A stretch of DNA of 64,000 nucleotides, taken from Diplonema japonicum. Taxonomy: Eukaryota; Protista; Euglenozoa: Diplonemea. A program made the translations under genes and the position numbers. The number at the start of each line of letters is the position of its first letter. The stretch's first letter is position 1. The notes below the pieces were generated by a model. The model saw nothing but the letters and a program-made list of their open reading frames with translations. It was not told the DNA's origin and ran no database searches. The stretch is taken from contig OZ025664.1 of NCBI GenBank assembly GCA_964019335.1, forward strand, positions 620,001-684,000, given 5' to 3'. Below are positions 22,401 through 30,216 of this stretch, one piece after another.

Positions 22401-25400
22401 CGGTCACCCTCTCCAACGTGTACCTCACGCCTGTGAGTATAAGCAGAGGGACAAGGGACCCCGAGTACCTACGGCCGGGCAGCCTACCTGTGGGGAAGAA
22501 CACGATCGTTGCTGGCGACTTCAACGCACACCACAGCTCTTGGGATGCCAAGGTGACAACGCCCAACGAAAGGGGGAACGTGGTCAGGGACTGGCTTGAC
22601 ACCCACGGCTACACCGTCTACAACAACCGAGACGAGCCGACGCGGGACTCACCGCCACGCGTTCTGGACCTGGTGGTGGGACGTTGTGCGGAACTGGAGC
22701 CGAGGACGTTGGGGACGTGGGGCTCTGATCACAGCCCGGTTTCCTTCCGCCTGCCGCTTGAGGACGCCTACTGCTCGGAGCGACCCTGCCCTACCTGGAA
22801 CTTCAAAAAGGCCAGGTGGGACGACTTCACCGCGGCCGCCGCTGCCCTTCTGACCAAGATCGACACGAAGGCCCACATTGACTCCTTCACGAAGGAGGTT
22901 ACAGAGGCTCTTCTGCATGCAGCTGACGACCACATTCCGCTTTGCGGAGTGCGACGAGGCCCGACCCCCTGGTGGACGGCCGAACTCGAAGACGCCTTCG
23001 AAGAACGGAACGTGCTGGGACCCGTCCTTTACACCATCTACGTCGACGAGCTAGCCAGGTTGCTGGTTGGGATGGCGGACCTGTCGGTTCTTTATGCCGA
23101 CGATGTTGCGGTGGTGGTCTCAGCCGGGCAGGGCGACCTGGCTGGTCTTGAGCGAGGGGCCCAGGCTGTGATGGACGCGGTTGAGGGCTGGTGTGGGAGA
23201 CGGGGCATGCTGCTGAGCTCCAGCAAGTCGCAGGCAGTGTGCGTTCCCTATCAGAAGCGGCTTAATGTCTACTTCTCTTCGTCGCGTGTCCCGCTTTGCC
23301 CGGGGGCCTTCCAGGACCCTGTCCTTAATCTTGGGGTTGGGGCCTGTGGGACCTTGTCTGGCGTCCGTGAGCTGTCTGGCTTTCGGGTCGTGGAGGCGGG
23401 TGGCAAACGGTCCTTCGACATTCCCGCCGCCATCCGGAGGTCCGACATTGGTTACATGGCGGCTCGCCCCTTGCCTCTGTGTGGGTCGGCGAAGTATCTT
23501 GGGGTCACTGTAGACTCTGGGCTCACGTTTGACGAGCATGCGGGGGATGTCCTGAGGCGCGCTGACAAGAGGCTGAGGGTACTAAGGCTCCTGTCGGGCA
23601 CGACCTGGGGGTGCAAGAAGGCCACGCTCCGATCTCTGTACCTCACGTACGTTCTCCCGCTACTCCGGTACTGCATGGGTGTTTACTTTGCCAGGCTCAG
23701 GGACAGCAGGGTGGAGGAGCTTGTTGGGCTCCACCAGAGAGCGGCGGTGCTGATCTCGGGTTGTTGGCACGGCTCGGGCACGGCGAAGGTTGTTGCTGAG
23801 GCAGGTCTGCTACCCCTCCGACAGATGGCTGAGGGAGCTGCGGCGGTGTTGACGGCGAAGTCGTTCTGCTGGAGGACCTCCCCGGTTCACCGCGAGGTCC
23901 TTGAGCAGAAGCGGATGACCGGTATGGGCAATGGGTGGCTGCGTGCGGGTATCCTTGCGCTACGACGCTGCGGACTGCAGGGGTGGACGACGCAGGAAGG
24001 CTTCAGGAAGTACGACACCTTCGAGCTACTGACTGCCTCGCCCAAAGTAGCACCGTGGCACGCGTTCCTGGTGGAGTTCAGAACTGCCCTTCCCGGCAGG
24101 GTCACGCGTTCGTCGCCGGACGTGGATAAGCGGAAGGCGGCCGTGGAGGCTCTGGCTGCCCTTCCACCGGGTATCCATGCCTATACGGATGGTTCTGTCG
24201 TACGGGACCGCCAGAGGTGGAGGGGCGGTGCCGGGGTCTTCTTGCAGCTCCCCCGCCCCCACGAACCCGTGTCCGAGAGCTTCGGCGTCAGCAATTTCTG
24301 CTCTTCCTTTCGGGCGGAGGGTCTGGCTGTCAAGGTGGCTCTGGACATGGTGGCCGCGCTCCGGAGCGAGCACACCACGTTGGCAGACAGCCGGCTGTCG
24401 ATCTGTACCGACTCGCTCTCTCTCCTTGATCAGCTGAGGGCAGGTCCTTCGCGGCAGAGGGAGAGGCTCGACCACGAGACCTGGGAACTGCTGGTGGCCG
24501 CGGCACGTGCACAAGGTGCACCAGTCATTCTCCAGTTTGTGCCGTCCCACTGCGGGGTTCCTGGCAACGAGGCGGCAGACAGGCTGGCCGGGGAGGGCAC
24601 GAAGCGCGAGCTGACTCGCCCCTCTCTCGACTACAGGTCGGTCAGGGCCCTGGTCCGTCGCCAGATTCAGCAGAGGTCTGCGGTCATTGTCGGGGAGGTG
24701 GCCCCGAGATACGCGAGGGCCACGGGGCTCCGAGCGGCGTGCTTCCCCCAGTCCCTCCCCAGGCTAGCGGAGACGGTCATCTCGCGGCTGAGGGTAGGGC
24801 ACTCCGCTCTCTTCTTCGGCTTCCTGCAGGCGGCTGGACCGAACAGGAAGAAGGCTGAGCTCAGCTGCCCAGCGTGTGGAGCAAAGATGTCCAGGGAGCA
24901 CGTTGTTGGGGGGTGCGCTGTGGTTGGACGGGGTTCGCTCGACGCTCCCAATGGACGCCCCTCGCTGGTGGAGTGCCTGTCAAAACGCGTGACGCAGGTA
25001 TTCACCCTCATCGCCGACTCTGGCTTGCTTGACTGGGCCAGATCCGGGGTCTTCACGTCGCCGTCTGCGGCAACGGCAGGTACCGCTGCCCCTTCGTTCA
25101 TCCCGCCGGCTGTCTCCCTTGACGCCGGCCCTGCGGCCCCCGTGTTGCGCTGAAGTGAGTAGGGTGAGATCAACATTTCAATTCTTTTAGTGCTTACGTT
25201 CCCTTCCCCTCTCTTCCACTCCCTCTCATCCTTTTCTTTATCATCATCCGGCGTCTGGCCTTTCTCTTACCAGTATGCCCGTCCCCTTTTAAACTTTTAA
25301 ATTTTTAAAATTAACATCCTCTTGTTATCGTGTGCCCTGACATTGTAGTCAAAAACGGATGGCCCGGCCTACTCTGAAGTTGCCCAGATGAGTCCTCTCA

Positions 25401-26297
25401 TCTTCGCACGAACGAGTGTGGTACGGCCATCCCCTCCCCCCGCCAGCCGGAGTGCAGCGGGGAGAGCAAATGCTTCCCCTATCATCCCCATGCACACTCG
25501 CTTCCCCTTTTGATTTTGAGAGATTTTACTCTCACCCTTTCATGTTTCGCTCAATGGAGCAAATCCCTCTCGAGGGGGCGACCGGGGCCAGTTCCGGTCA
25601 CCAGAGGTCCCAGTTGAGAAAAACGACGAACTGGGGTCAAGGTCCCCGTCCGAGTCACGTAGGTCTACGCGGCTTGGAATTAAAGTAATTCAGCCCTCTT
25701 CGGCTGTTCCAAACAGGTGCACGGGTTGGCGGAGTCCACAGCTCCATCTGATTGCAGAAGAACTGGTCTTCGCCCTCCCTGTAATATTTCCATGCTTCCC
25801 TTCACCTTTCCCCTTCCCAGGTGTTGCTCCCCCATGGTGGCACCTATTGGTATTTTGAAAAAAAAAACGGCGGTTGTAAGGTCGTGTAGCTCAGTCGGTA
25901 GAGCATTGGTCTAATAAGCCAACGGTCCCAGGTTCGAGCCCTGTCACGACCATTTTTTATGATCCTTTAACTTCTTTTTAAGGTTCGTCACTGTGGAATA
26001 TTGAAGCACAAGAGTGGTGTTTTGAAGGATGCCGAAGACCCTTTGACTGTCCCGCCAAGGTATGTTATGTCGTTTCGTGAAAACTGACTGCAAAACAGTG
26101 TTGAATGGACTGAGAAGGGTGGAATCAACTTAACGAATGTCGCTCCTGGAAAACTGGATATGGTGGACGATCCTTTGTTCAACGGTGACTGGGTGGCACC
26201 TATCGGGGCGTACGACATGCGATCAGGTAATGGTGCAGGGAAGCGAGGTAAACCAATTCGTGAGCTTTCGATGGATCCGGCAGCGAACGGATGCTAG
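12669..26297 (+). CDS. Cyclophilin-type PPIase; exons ~12669-13325, 25983-26059, 26099-26297, split by a 12.66-kb intron
   Basis: VYFDI...GRVELEVF, FHSVKPGFIAQGGD, SQFFI, VIGQV..GWDV. Joining donor GTATGC (13326) to AG (25981-25982) restores the terminal strand KEIS|VRHCGIL; a 39-nt intron (26060-26098) extends the ORF to TAG 26297. Confidence 0.85.
13354..13403 (+). ncRNA. Spliced-leader (SL) RNA-derived fragment: 38 nt of SL exon plus GTAGGGAAGGCT
   Basis: ACCAACGATTCTAAAGCTACAGTTTCTGTACTTTATTG closely matches the recalled diplonemid SL and has the euglenozoan core CAGTTTCTGTACTTTATTG, followed by a GT donor. Confidence 0.9.
13454..14674 (+). CDS. Element 1 ORF1 (406 aa, coiled-coil, no recognisable zinc knuckle)
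   Basis: ATG after an A-run; E/K/R-rich heptads; lies upstream of ORF2 inside the TSDs. Confidence 0.8.
   Translation: MSSDKMTKPSKAGASKGPLPDGSEPDQDPPQLVLQTTEVVIRKTPPETTPKTKPTRKHYDAVVAPLAPKPTWAAFIAQAGLGKSMRFDGVLGTIVTTGTPPLQSYSVRDGDTTHKVVFEEQKGSFKRKLPGGSRRGTKIDFRREFGGASWSQVWELADEKEGRKKKAREEKGAKAAKRKAEAREREEKLEARIQALESAEKEEGGGMEDDWGWREAMDRRIAELEQAREQAGLWEKACERKVEEVEMRGVRTDERTEELNRRVGLVEGELGGLRGEISSLKASSERTERSVEELKQGMNRLLIHLTTGAPPPGTSEEADGSPEQRGHVPSTDGADEGTDTPDCPRHAATPERKGTVAPLCYDTPPPAERLVGVATTRQTTLHTTPSQTTPLHKVNPPVKRKVEGQY
14658..18978 (+). pseudogene. Element 1 ORF2: 2A-APE-RT-RNase H-CCHC, with a frame break immediately before YADD
   Basis: GDIEANPGP; LLQET, GDMNAHH, GSDH (APE); KAPGPDGI, YRPIALTS, QAGFRKGRST, DFKGAFD, GVPQG, YADD at 17224-17235 in the +1 frame; YTDGS, SDSQS, PGHCGLPGNEQAD; CLSC-x7-H-x4-C. 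Confidence 0.93.
19616..21844 (+). CDS. Element 2 ORF1 (742 aa; basic N-terminus, Ala/Pro repeats, C-terminal coiled coil)
   Basis: Long ORF starting 31 nt inside the element; ends in TGA in frame with ORF2. Confidence 0.82.
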   Translation: MSTSNKKKKRPAHHKSRTEEILEKARGERVKDNAAARAKRTREEVERKRAEGVTPVVTPSPGQGKKAARRARQKAAAADAATAAASGSDDSVVLISESPGVVTSFTVDTPEVRRARMRTAAADTTATAPAPAAANTTAPAPAAADSPAPAPAAADTTAPAPAAADSPAPAPAPASTAAVWSTAVLTAAACDTALPMSDSDTDEKDTAPAPAPAPEPHWDLVPDTWDAPIYTNTAPPEEVPRAVVALDDLQQVDAIRTARPTASLTFVLLTEVAGSTTPCTVIVLAGQRVVHKAVHTFSVGSNPPSYTPLASFDGGTEVVYVSVKADSVNAAKARVRDLVATQGVAVEEQAIFRPKKIDGNEPRARHWSHEVGLRLPAASVHAVLRASGDGCMVRTTERRGGYTYVPIVAEGRAEAFQLAKALGGLSLGVAHRKGWTVRCLPETEQRLREALAKQRTKRRYLLTGAPLSVTRAAFDGMMDHIGWKPSSIIRRSDTAFQGTRQLVFFIVADAPPPKARTWLFGSRLVRLHDAEDHPSVTLPPRTNKKAPPAARTPVAATTAQTPTPAPGPTVQSTGLPSTNPWSSPPSSVAPPPLGTVTPVSSAASPTTTPPRDSQKKNPAPEPEVPALLALIQSMQATIDGLQATVRDLQERMAASLGAPASSADGAGRTAVAGKGKGGKAGSKAGTKGHQAQGVSTPGPYPTSTEQGGGRGRAQSLAGDSASPNGAGRGRAASVGPAPAPAN
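19970..20135 (+). repeat. 30-bp coding minisatellite (APAPAAAD/N-TT/SP, ~5 copies) in element 2 ORF1
   Basis: GCTCCTGCACCTGCTGCTGCCGAC... tandem units. Confidence 0.85.
21845..25153 (+). CDS. Element 2 ORF2: 2A-like-APE-(truncated RT)-RNase H-CCHC
   Basis: LVETNPGP; WNCNGL, IQETH, GDFNAHH, GSDH; VLGP..YADD; YTDGS, TDSLS, PSHCGVPGNEAAD; CPAC-x7-H-x4-C; frame open from the ORF1 stop, first ATG 21986. Confidence 0.9.
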   Translation, partial: RGPAEQGGRQIDDHAPSPGLPRIQPRRHLPHHLYDVLPSLIPSLLERMSARDLLGLLGLVETNPGPPKKLPPPKPKGLRVLSWNCNGLAAKWSTVSYHAVLLTLDIIMIQETHLREGHETPYLPGYTSYRRDRTTPVTDGSATRGGGVITYVRDCLASEEAPFVLPEGDSVTERLDVRISCVKRVPVTLSNVYLTPVSISRGTRDPEYLRPGSLPVGKNTIVAGDFNAHHSSWDAKVTTPNERGNVVRDWLDTHGYTVYNNRDEPTRDSPPRVLDLVVGRCAELEPRTLGTWGSDHSPVSFRLPLEDAYCSERPCPTWNFKKARWDDFTAAAAALLTKIDTKAHIDSFTKEVTEALLHAADDHIPLCGVRRGPTPWWTAELEDAFEERNVLGPVLYTIYVDELARLLVGMADLSVLYADDVAVVVSAGQGDLAGLERGAQAVMDAVEGWCGRRGMLLSSSKSQAVCVPYQKRLNVYFSSSRVPLCPGAFQDPVLNLGVGACGTLSGVRELSGFRVVEAGGKRSFDIPAAIRRSDIGYMAARPLPLCGSAKYLGVTVDSGLTFDEHAGDVLRRADKRLRVLRLLSGTTWGCKKATLRSLYLTYVLPLLRYCMGVYFARLRDSRVEELVGLHQRAAVLISGCWHGSGTAKVVAEAGLLPLRQMAEGAAAVLTAKSFCWRTSPVHREVLEQKRMTGMGNGWLRAGILALRRCGLQGWTTQEGFRKYDTFELLTASPKVAPWHAFLVEFRTALPGRVTRSSPDVDKRKAAVEALAALPPGIHAYTDGSVVRDRQRWRGGAGVFLQLPRPHEPVSESFGVSNFCSSFRAEGLAVKVALDMVAALRSEHTTLADSRLSICTDSLSLLDQLRAGPSRQRERLDHETWELLVAAARAQGAPVILQFVPSHCGVPGNEAADRLAGEGTKRELTRPSLDYRSVRALVRRQIQQRSAVIVGEVAPRYARATGLRAACFPQSLPRLAETVISRLRVGHSALFFGFLQAAGPNRKKAELSCPACGAKMSREHVVGGCAVVGRGSLDAPNGRPSLVECLSKRVTQVFTLIADSGLLDWARSGVFTSPSAATAGTAAPSFIPPAVSLDAGPAAPVLR
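25880..25952 (+). tRNA. tRNA-Ile (AAT), inside the cyclophilin intron
   Basis: Acceptor GGTCGTG/CACGACC, TAGCTCAGTCGGTAGAGC D-arm, anticodon arm TTGGT-CTAATAA-GCCAA, GGTTCGAGCC T-arm, T6 terminator. Confidence 0.97.
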
Positions 26298-26362
26298 ATG
26301 GATGTTAGTTATTGTCATTTCATTTCATCATGTTTCTAGGCACATTCCAGACGAGAAATGAC

Positions 26363-29083
26363 ATGATAGACCTGTGGGATGTATACGACCTGCCAACAGA
26401 TGAATTGGTTGTAAGCAAGAGCCAGATCGAAGAGAGTCTCAGTGAAAGTCCTGAGGATGGAAGGCTACTTGAACTTCTCAAGGTAGTCTCACGAGAGATA
26501 CAAGAACGTGGAGCAGCTGATGCTATACTCGAAAGACTGAATAGAAAAGAAACTGTGCTGCAGTATGAGCAGAAGCCGGTACTCGAACCTGAACCTGAAC
26601 CCGAGCCACTAGAACGAAGAAGTAGCAGCCTTCCTCAACTTGGTTCAGTCAACAAGGCGGTCTATGCTACGAAGGAGTCTCCCCCTGTTCTTTTTGGAAT
26701 GCAGCGACATCGAGCGTTCGAAGTGACCCACGACATTATCTACGGGTGTTCATTGGAGAAAAATGAATTCAACACAAACAAAATAAAGAAGGTTGTAAAG
26801 ACCAAAAGCAGCACGCCGATTCCTACGAGCTCAAAGAAAATTGTCCCACTACCAAGACCTTCCTCCGTTACCTCACACCCTATCGGGACTAAAGTCCACG
26901 ACCCAAGCAGGACACTGCGAAGAAGGTCATGTAAAAGTGCCGTTGCGGCAGCCACTATGCTGGCTGCATTCTGTACTTGTCTCAGCAATGTTGATGAACT
27001 AAACCTCGTTGTTACTGTAGTTTGTTCCTCCATATCTTGCGTGGTTCTACGACAGCGGGCTATCAATAATGCCAGTGCGAGCATTCTCACGATCGCAGCA
27101 GCTTCTTCAGCATCCACAGCGACATCTCGAGTTCGTGTGTTTCGCGCTTCAGCAGCCGCAGTGTCGTCTGCATTAAGCACAGCGATCTTTCAGTGTAGAG
27201 CACTCCAAGACAGAGCTGTCAAGGCTTGCATGTGCTCGGGGGCAATTGTGATCCTCTCGATGTCTCGCATGCAGGTCATCGAAAGGAAAGCGGGACAGAT
27301 GGAGAGATTACGGCATGAAAGGGAAGCCCAAACAGTGCAGAGTGCATCGTCTCCTTCAACACCAACACCAGCACCAGCACCCAAGATAGTAAACACCCAA
27401 CTGGTGAATCAAGAGCTGGTGCCACGTAAGGCAAAGGAACCGACGTATAACTATTCAAAGTACTTTCCCTCGTTCAGTTCGCTGTGGATCCCGTTTGAAA
27501 AGCATGGGAAGGTCGACAGCATTCAAAAGGACGAAAGGCAACTTTTAGAGATGGCGTGCCGGGAGATAGTATGTTGGTCCAATATTCAGGTTGCAAATAC
27601 CCACACCACACAGCTAAACTGGGCGCAAGGTGTACTCGACGACAATCAGACGCAAGACGAGTCTGATGAAGAAACCTCCTACCCCAACAAAGGTAAGCAG
27701 GGAAAAGAAACCCAGAAGACGTGCTCAGAATTGTCAGGGGTCTTGTGTGAGTTGCTGGAGTCAAAGCATACAAGGGAAAAGCTGCAAGAAGCGGGAGAAA
27801 GGATGGAATATTTCACGCAGAAGAGCAGAGATGAAGTGTACCAGCTGGTTCAGTACACGTTAGAGAATGTCAACGGGTGGAGTGAGTGCACACGGAAGTC
27901 TTTCTTCAATTATATGTGGATGTGGCGGAAGCCTCGGATCAGTTGTAAATACTTATTTGCACTTCAAAGGGTCAACCACTACCCTGGTTCATTCGTTCTC
28001 ACAAGAAAAGACTGCCTAAAGAAGTGCCTGCAGAGATTCCGCAGGCTTCCAGGGAAAGCAGGCGAGAGCTTTAACATATTTCCCGAAACGTTCGCCCTTC
28101 CACAAGACAGCACGCAGTTTATTGAATCCACCGGGTTAACCTTGGATAGAATACGGTTACAACAACTTGCATCAGGCACAAAGGGACACCATTCGGATTC
28201 TTGTGGAGTGTGGATCACGAAACCTGTGGGGATGTCGAGGGGCCGTGGGATAGAAATTGTTACACACCCTGCAAGCATTGAGTACAGCGAAGCACTTGTT
28301 ATCCAGCGGTACATTCAAAACCCCCTGCTGGTCCATGGGTACAAGTTCGACATGAGGCTGTACGTTGTTGTGTCATCATTTCAGCCCCTTGAGGCATACC
28401 TCAGTACGCTGGGGTTCGCAAGGTTCACGTCTCTCCCGTTCACAATGGACCCCGCATCATTCGGTAATAGGTTGGTTCACCTGACAAATACGTCGGTCCA
28501 GTCAAATTGTGTACCGCCTCCTTTTTGCAGTGCTGAAAATATGTGCAAATGGGGATTGGATCAGCTAGCCGAAGCCCTTCCGGAGCTGACTGGTCAGCCA
28601 TGGGAAAAGACATGGGCGAAAGTCACCGAGTGTCTGGTAAAATGTCTTGCTGCTGCAGATGTTAGTGTAACTAACCACAATTGTTGTTTCGAGCTGCTGG
28701 GTTTTGATGTGCTGTTGGATGACAAGTGTGAGCCGTGGGTGTTAGAGGTAAACGCGTCACCTTCTCTGGAGATCGATACCCCTCTTGATGAGCGGGTCAA
28801 GACGAGGTTGATGAAAGATTGTTTCCACCTTATCAACCCGCAGCCGTACAATAAGTTCCACTTAATGGAAGTTCTCTCTCGCCGCCTGTCGGGACAGTTG
28901 GCTTCCAAGAAGTCTGTCTCCACACGTCATTCGGCACCTGCCAGGGATGTTCTGAACGAGGACATCTCCAAGATCCTCGGTAATGTTCCACCACAAACAG
29001 CAACCCAACCGGAGTCCACGCATTTCGAGAGGCTCGCACCCTCGTCGTTGTACGACAGAATATGCCGCATGATGAGGTTATGA
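26363..29083 (+). CDS. Tubulin-tyrosine-ligase-like (TTLL) polyglutamylase family protein
   Basis: VNHYPGS..LTRKD, WITKP...SRGRGI, QRYIQNPLL..GYKFDMRLY, HLTN, FELLGFD, WVLEVNASPS. Confidence 0.95.
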   Translation: MIDLWDVYDLPTDELVVSKSQIEESLSESPEDGRLLELLKVVSREIQERGAADAILERLNRKETVLQYEQKPVLEPEPEPEPLERRSSSLPQLGSVNKAVYATKESPPVLFGMQRHRAFEVTHDIIYGCSLEKNEFNTNKIKKVVKTKSSTPIPTSSKKIVPLPRPSSVTSHPIGTKVHDPSRTLRRRSCKSAVAAATMLAAFCTCLSNVDELNLVVTVVCSSISCVVLRQRAINNASASILTIAAASSASTATSRVRVFRASAAAVSSALSTAIFQCRALQDRAVKACMCSGAIVILSMSRMQVIERKAGQMERLRHEREAQTVQSASSPSTPTPAPAPKIVNTQLVNQELVPRKAKEPTYNYSKYFPSFSSLWIPFEKHGKVDSIQKDERQLLEMACREIVCWSNIQVANTHTTQLNWAQGVLDDNQTQDESDEETSYPNKGKQGKETQKTCSELSGVLCELLESKHTREKLQEAGERMEYFTQKSRDEVYQLVQYTLENVNGWSECTRKSFFNYMWMWRKPRISCKYLFALQRVNHYPGSFVLTRKDCLKKCLQRFRRLPGKAGESFNIFPETFALPQDSTQFIESTGLTLDRIRLQQLASGTKGHHSDSCGVWITKPVGMSRGRGIEIVTHPASIEYSEALVIQRYIQNPLLVHGYKFDMRLYVVVSSFQPLEAYLSTLGFARFTSLPFTMDPASFGNRLVHLTNTSVQSNCVPPPFCSAENMCKWGLDQLAEALPELTGQPWEKTWAKVTECLVKCLAAADVSVTNHNCCFELLGFDVLLDDKCEPWVLEVNASPSLEIDTPLDERVKTRLMKDCFHLINPQPYNKFHLMEVLSRRLSGQLASKKSVSTRHSAPARDVLNEDISKILGNVPPQTATQPESTHFERLAPSSLYDRICRMMRL

Positions 29084-29191
29084 TGATTAAGTTGATGATT
29101 TACACGTTTTTCTAAACTCAGTTCTGATTTTTCTTCTTCCAGTTTTCCCTTTTTGTCTCACTTCACTTTTTTTGCAGAAAAAATAGAAACA

Positions 29192-30133
29192 ATGAGCGGC
29201 ACCGATGTGCAGCGCACCACGGGGTTGATTACGGAGCTGCTGCGAAAGATTGCCGTCCCGCCCGTGGCAACAGAGGAAGGAGCGAGCAGAATTATTCAAA
29301 TGCACAGGTTAATCTGCAGGAAGTTAGAGCCACAGCTTCGTCAGGCTGTGTCAGTCCTGCAGCAGATGGAGGGATTGGAGGGAGACCGTGCAATGTTCCT
29401 GTCGAAGGGAGAGAACAAGCGCGCCAACGAGGTTACGAATGTGATCCACAAGCTGATGGACAGCGTCGAGCACGAGTACTATCAGACTCGGGACAAAGAC
29501 AAGTCGGGTATTGTGAACCATGAAAACGGCTTCTGCAGTGCTGTGTCTGGGACTTCACCCGCTAAGCGTTGCCTCCCCACGTCCTCAAGGACGAAAACGC
29601 CAGACTATTCAACGCCTAAGGTGGTCAAGACTAGAACAGGCTTGACAACAACGCCCCCTGCCTCAAGTTCACGGAGAGGGAGAGATGACAGGACAGAGAG
29701 GGACATGGATACCTCAAGAGATTACTCTGAGAGAAGCAGGAGCAAGGGTAAAAGACGAAGCACAAGGTCGTCTAGTCCCACTCCTTTACCTACACCTACG
29801 AAGGTGTATGTGCCCATGCCCATATCACCCATGCGCCCTATGACGCCTGTGCACCAAATCACAATGGCACCAAGCACACCAGCTCCACTGTCAGAAGCGT
29901 CACCTCGTCGCGATAGAGAATTCATTGTAGCACTGCTGCGGTCCTTGCAGCTGGAGAACTACGCACATTTATTCACTGACATGACACTTCTGTCCTTCTA
30001 CCGCCTGTCATACGAGCAGCTGACTGGCATGGGCCTCAACGCCAGCTCTGCGAAGACCTTGTATAATTCTATCGATCAAATAAAGCAGATAGCAGACACC
30101 CAGGTGCACTCTCCAGGGAGGTCGCTCACATGA
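29192..30133 (+). CDS. Hypothetical protein with C-terminal SAM domain
   Basis: LLRSLQLENYAHLF...LSYEQLTGMGL pattern typical of SAM. Confidence 0.7.
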   Translation: MSGTDVQRTTGLITELLRKIAVPPVATEEGASRIIQMHRLICRKLEPQLRQAVSVLQQMEGLEGDRAMFLSKGENKRANEVTNVIHKLMDSVEHEYYQTRDKDKSGIVNHENGFCSAVSGTSPAKRCLPTSSRTKTPDYSTPKVVKTRTGLTTTPPASSSRRGRDDRTERDMDTSRDYSERSRSKGKRRSTRSSSPTPLPTPTKVYVPMPISPMRPMTPVHQITMAPSTPAPLSEASPRRDREFIVALLRSLQLENYAHLFTDMTLLSFYRLSYEQLTGMGLNASSAKTLYNSIDQIKQIADTQVHSPGRSLT

Positions 30134-30216
30134 GGACCAAGCGATGTTAGATTTGTAAAGACTTGATTTGTTGTAAGTTGCTATCACCATGCTCACATGC
30201 ACTACACTACAGGGAG

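Larger units (their letters stand above)
19585..25866 (+). mobile_element. Non-LTR retrotransposon 2 (different family, internally deleted RT)
   Basis: 13-bp TSD ACGGCGGTTGTAA at 19572-19584 and 25867-25879; short poly(A) tail; ORF1 plus ORF2. Confidence 0.93.
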
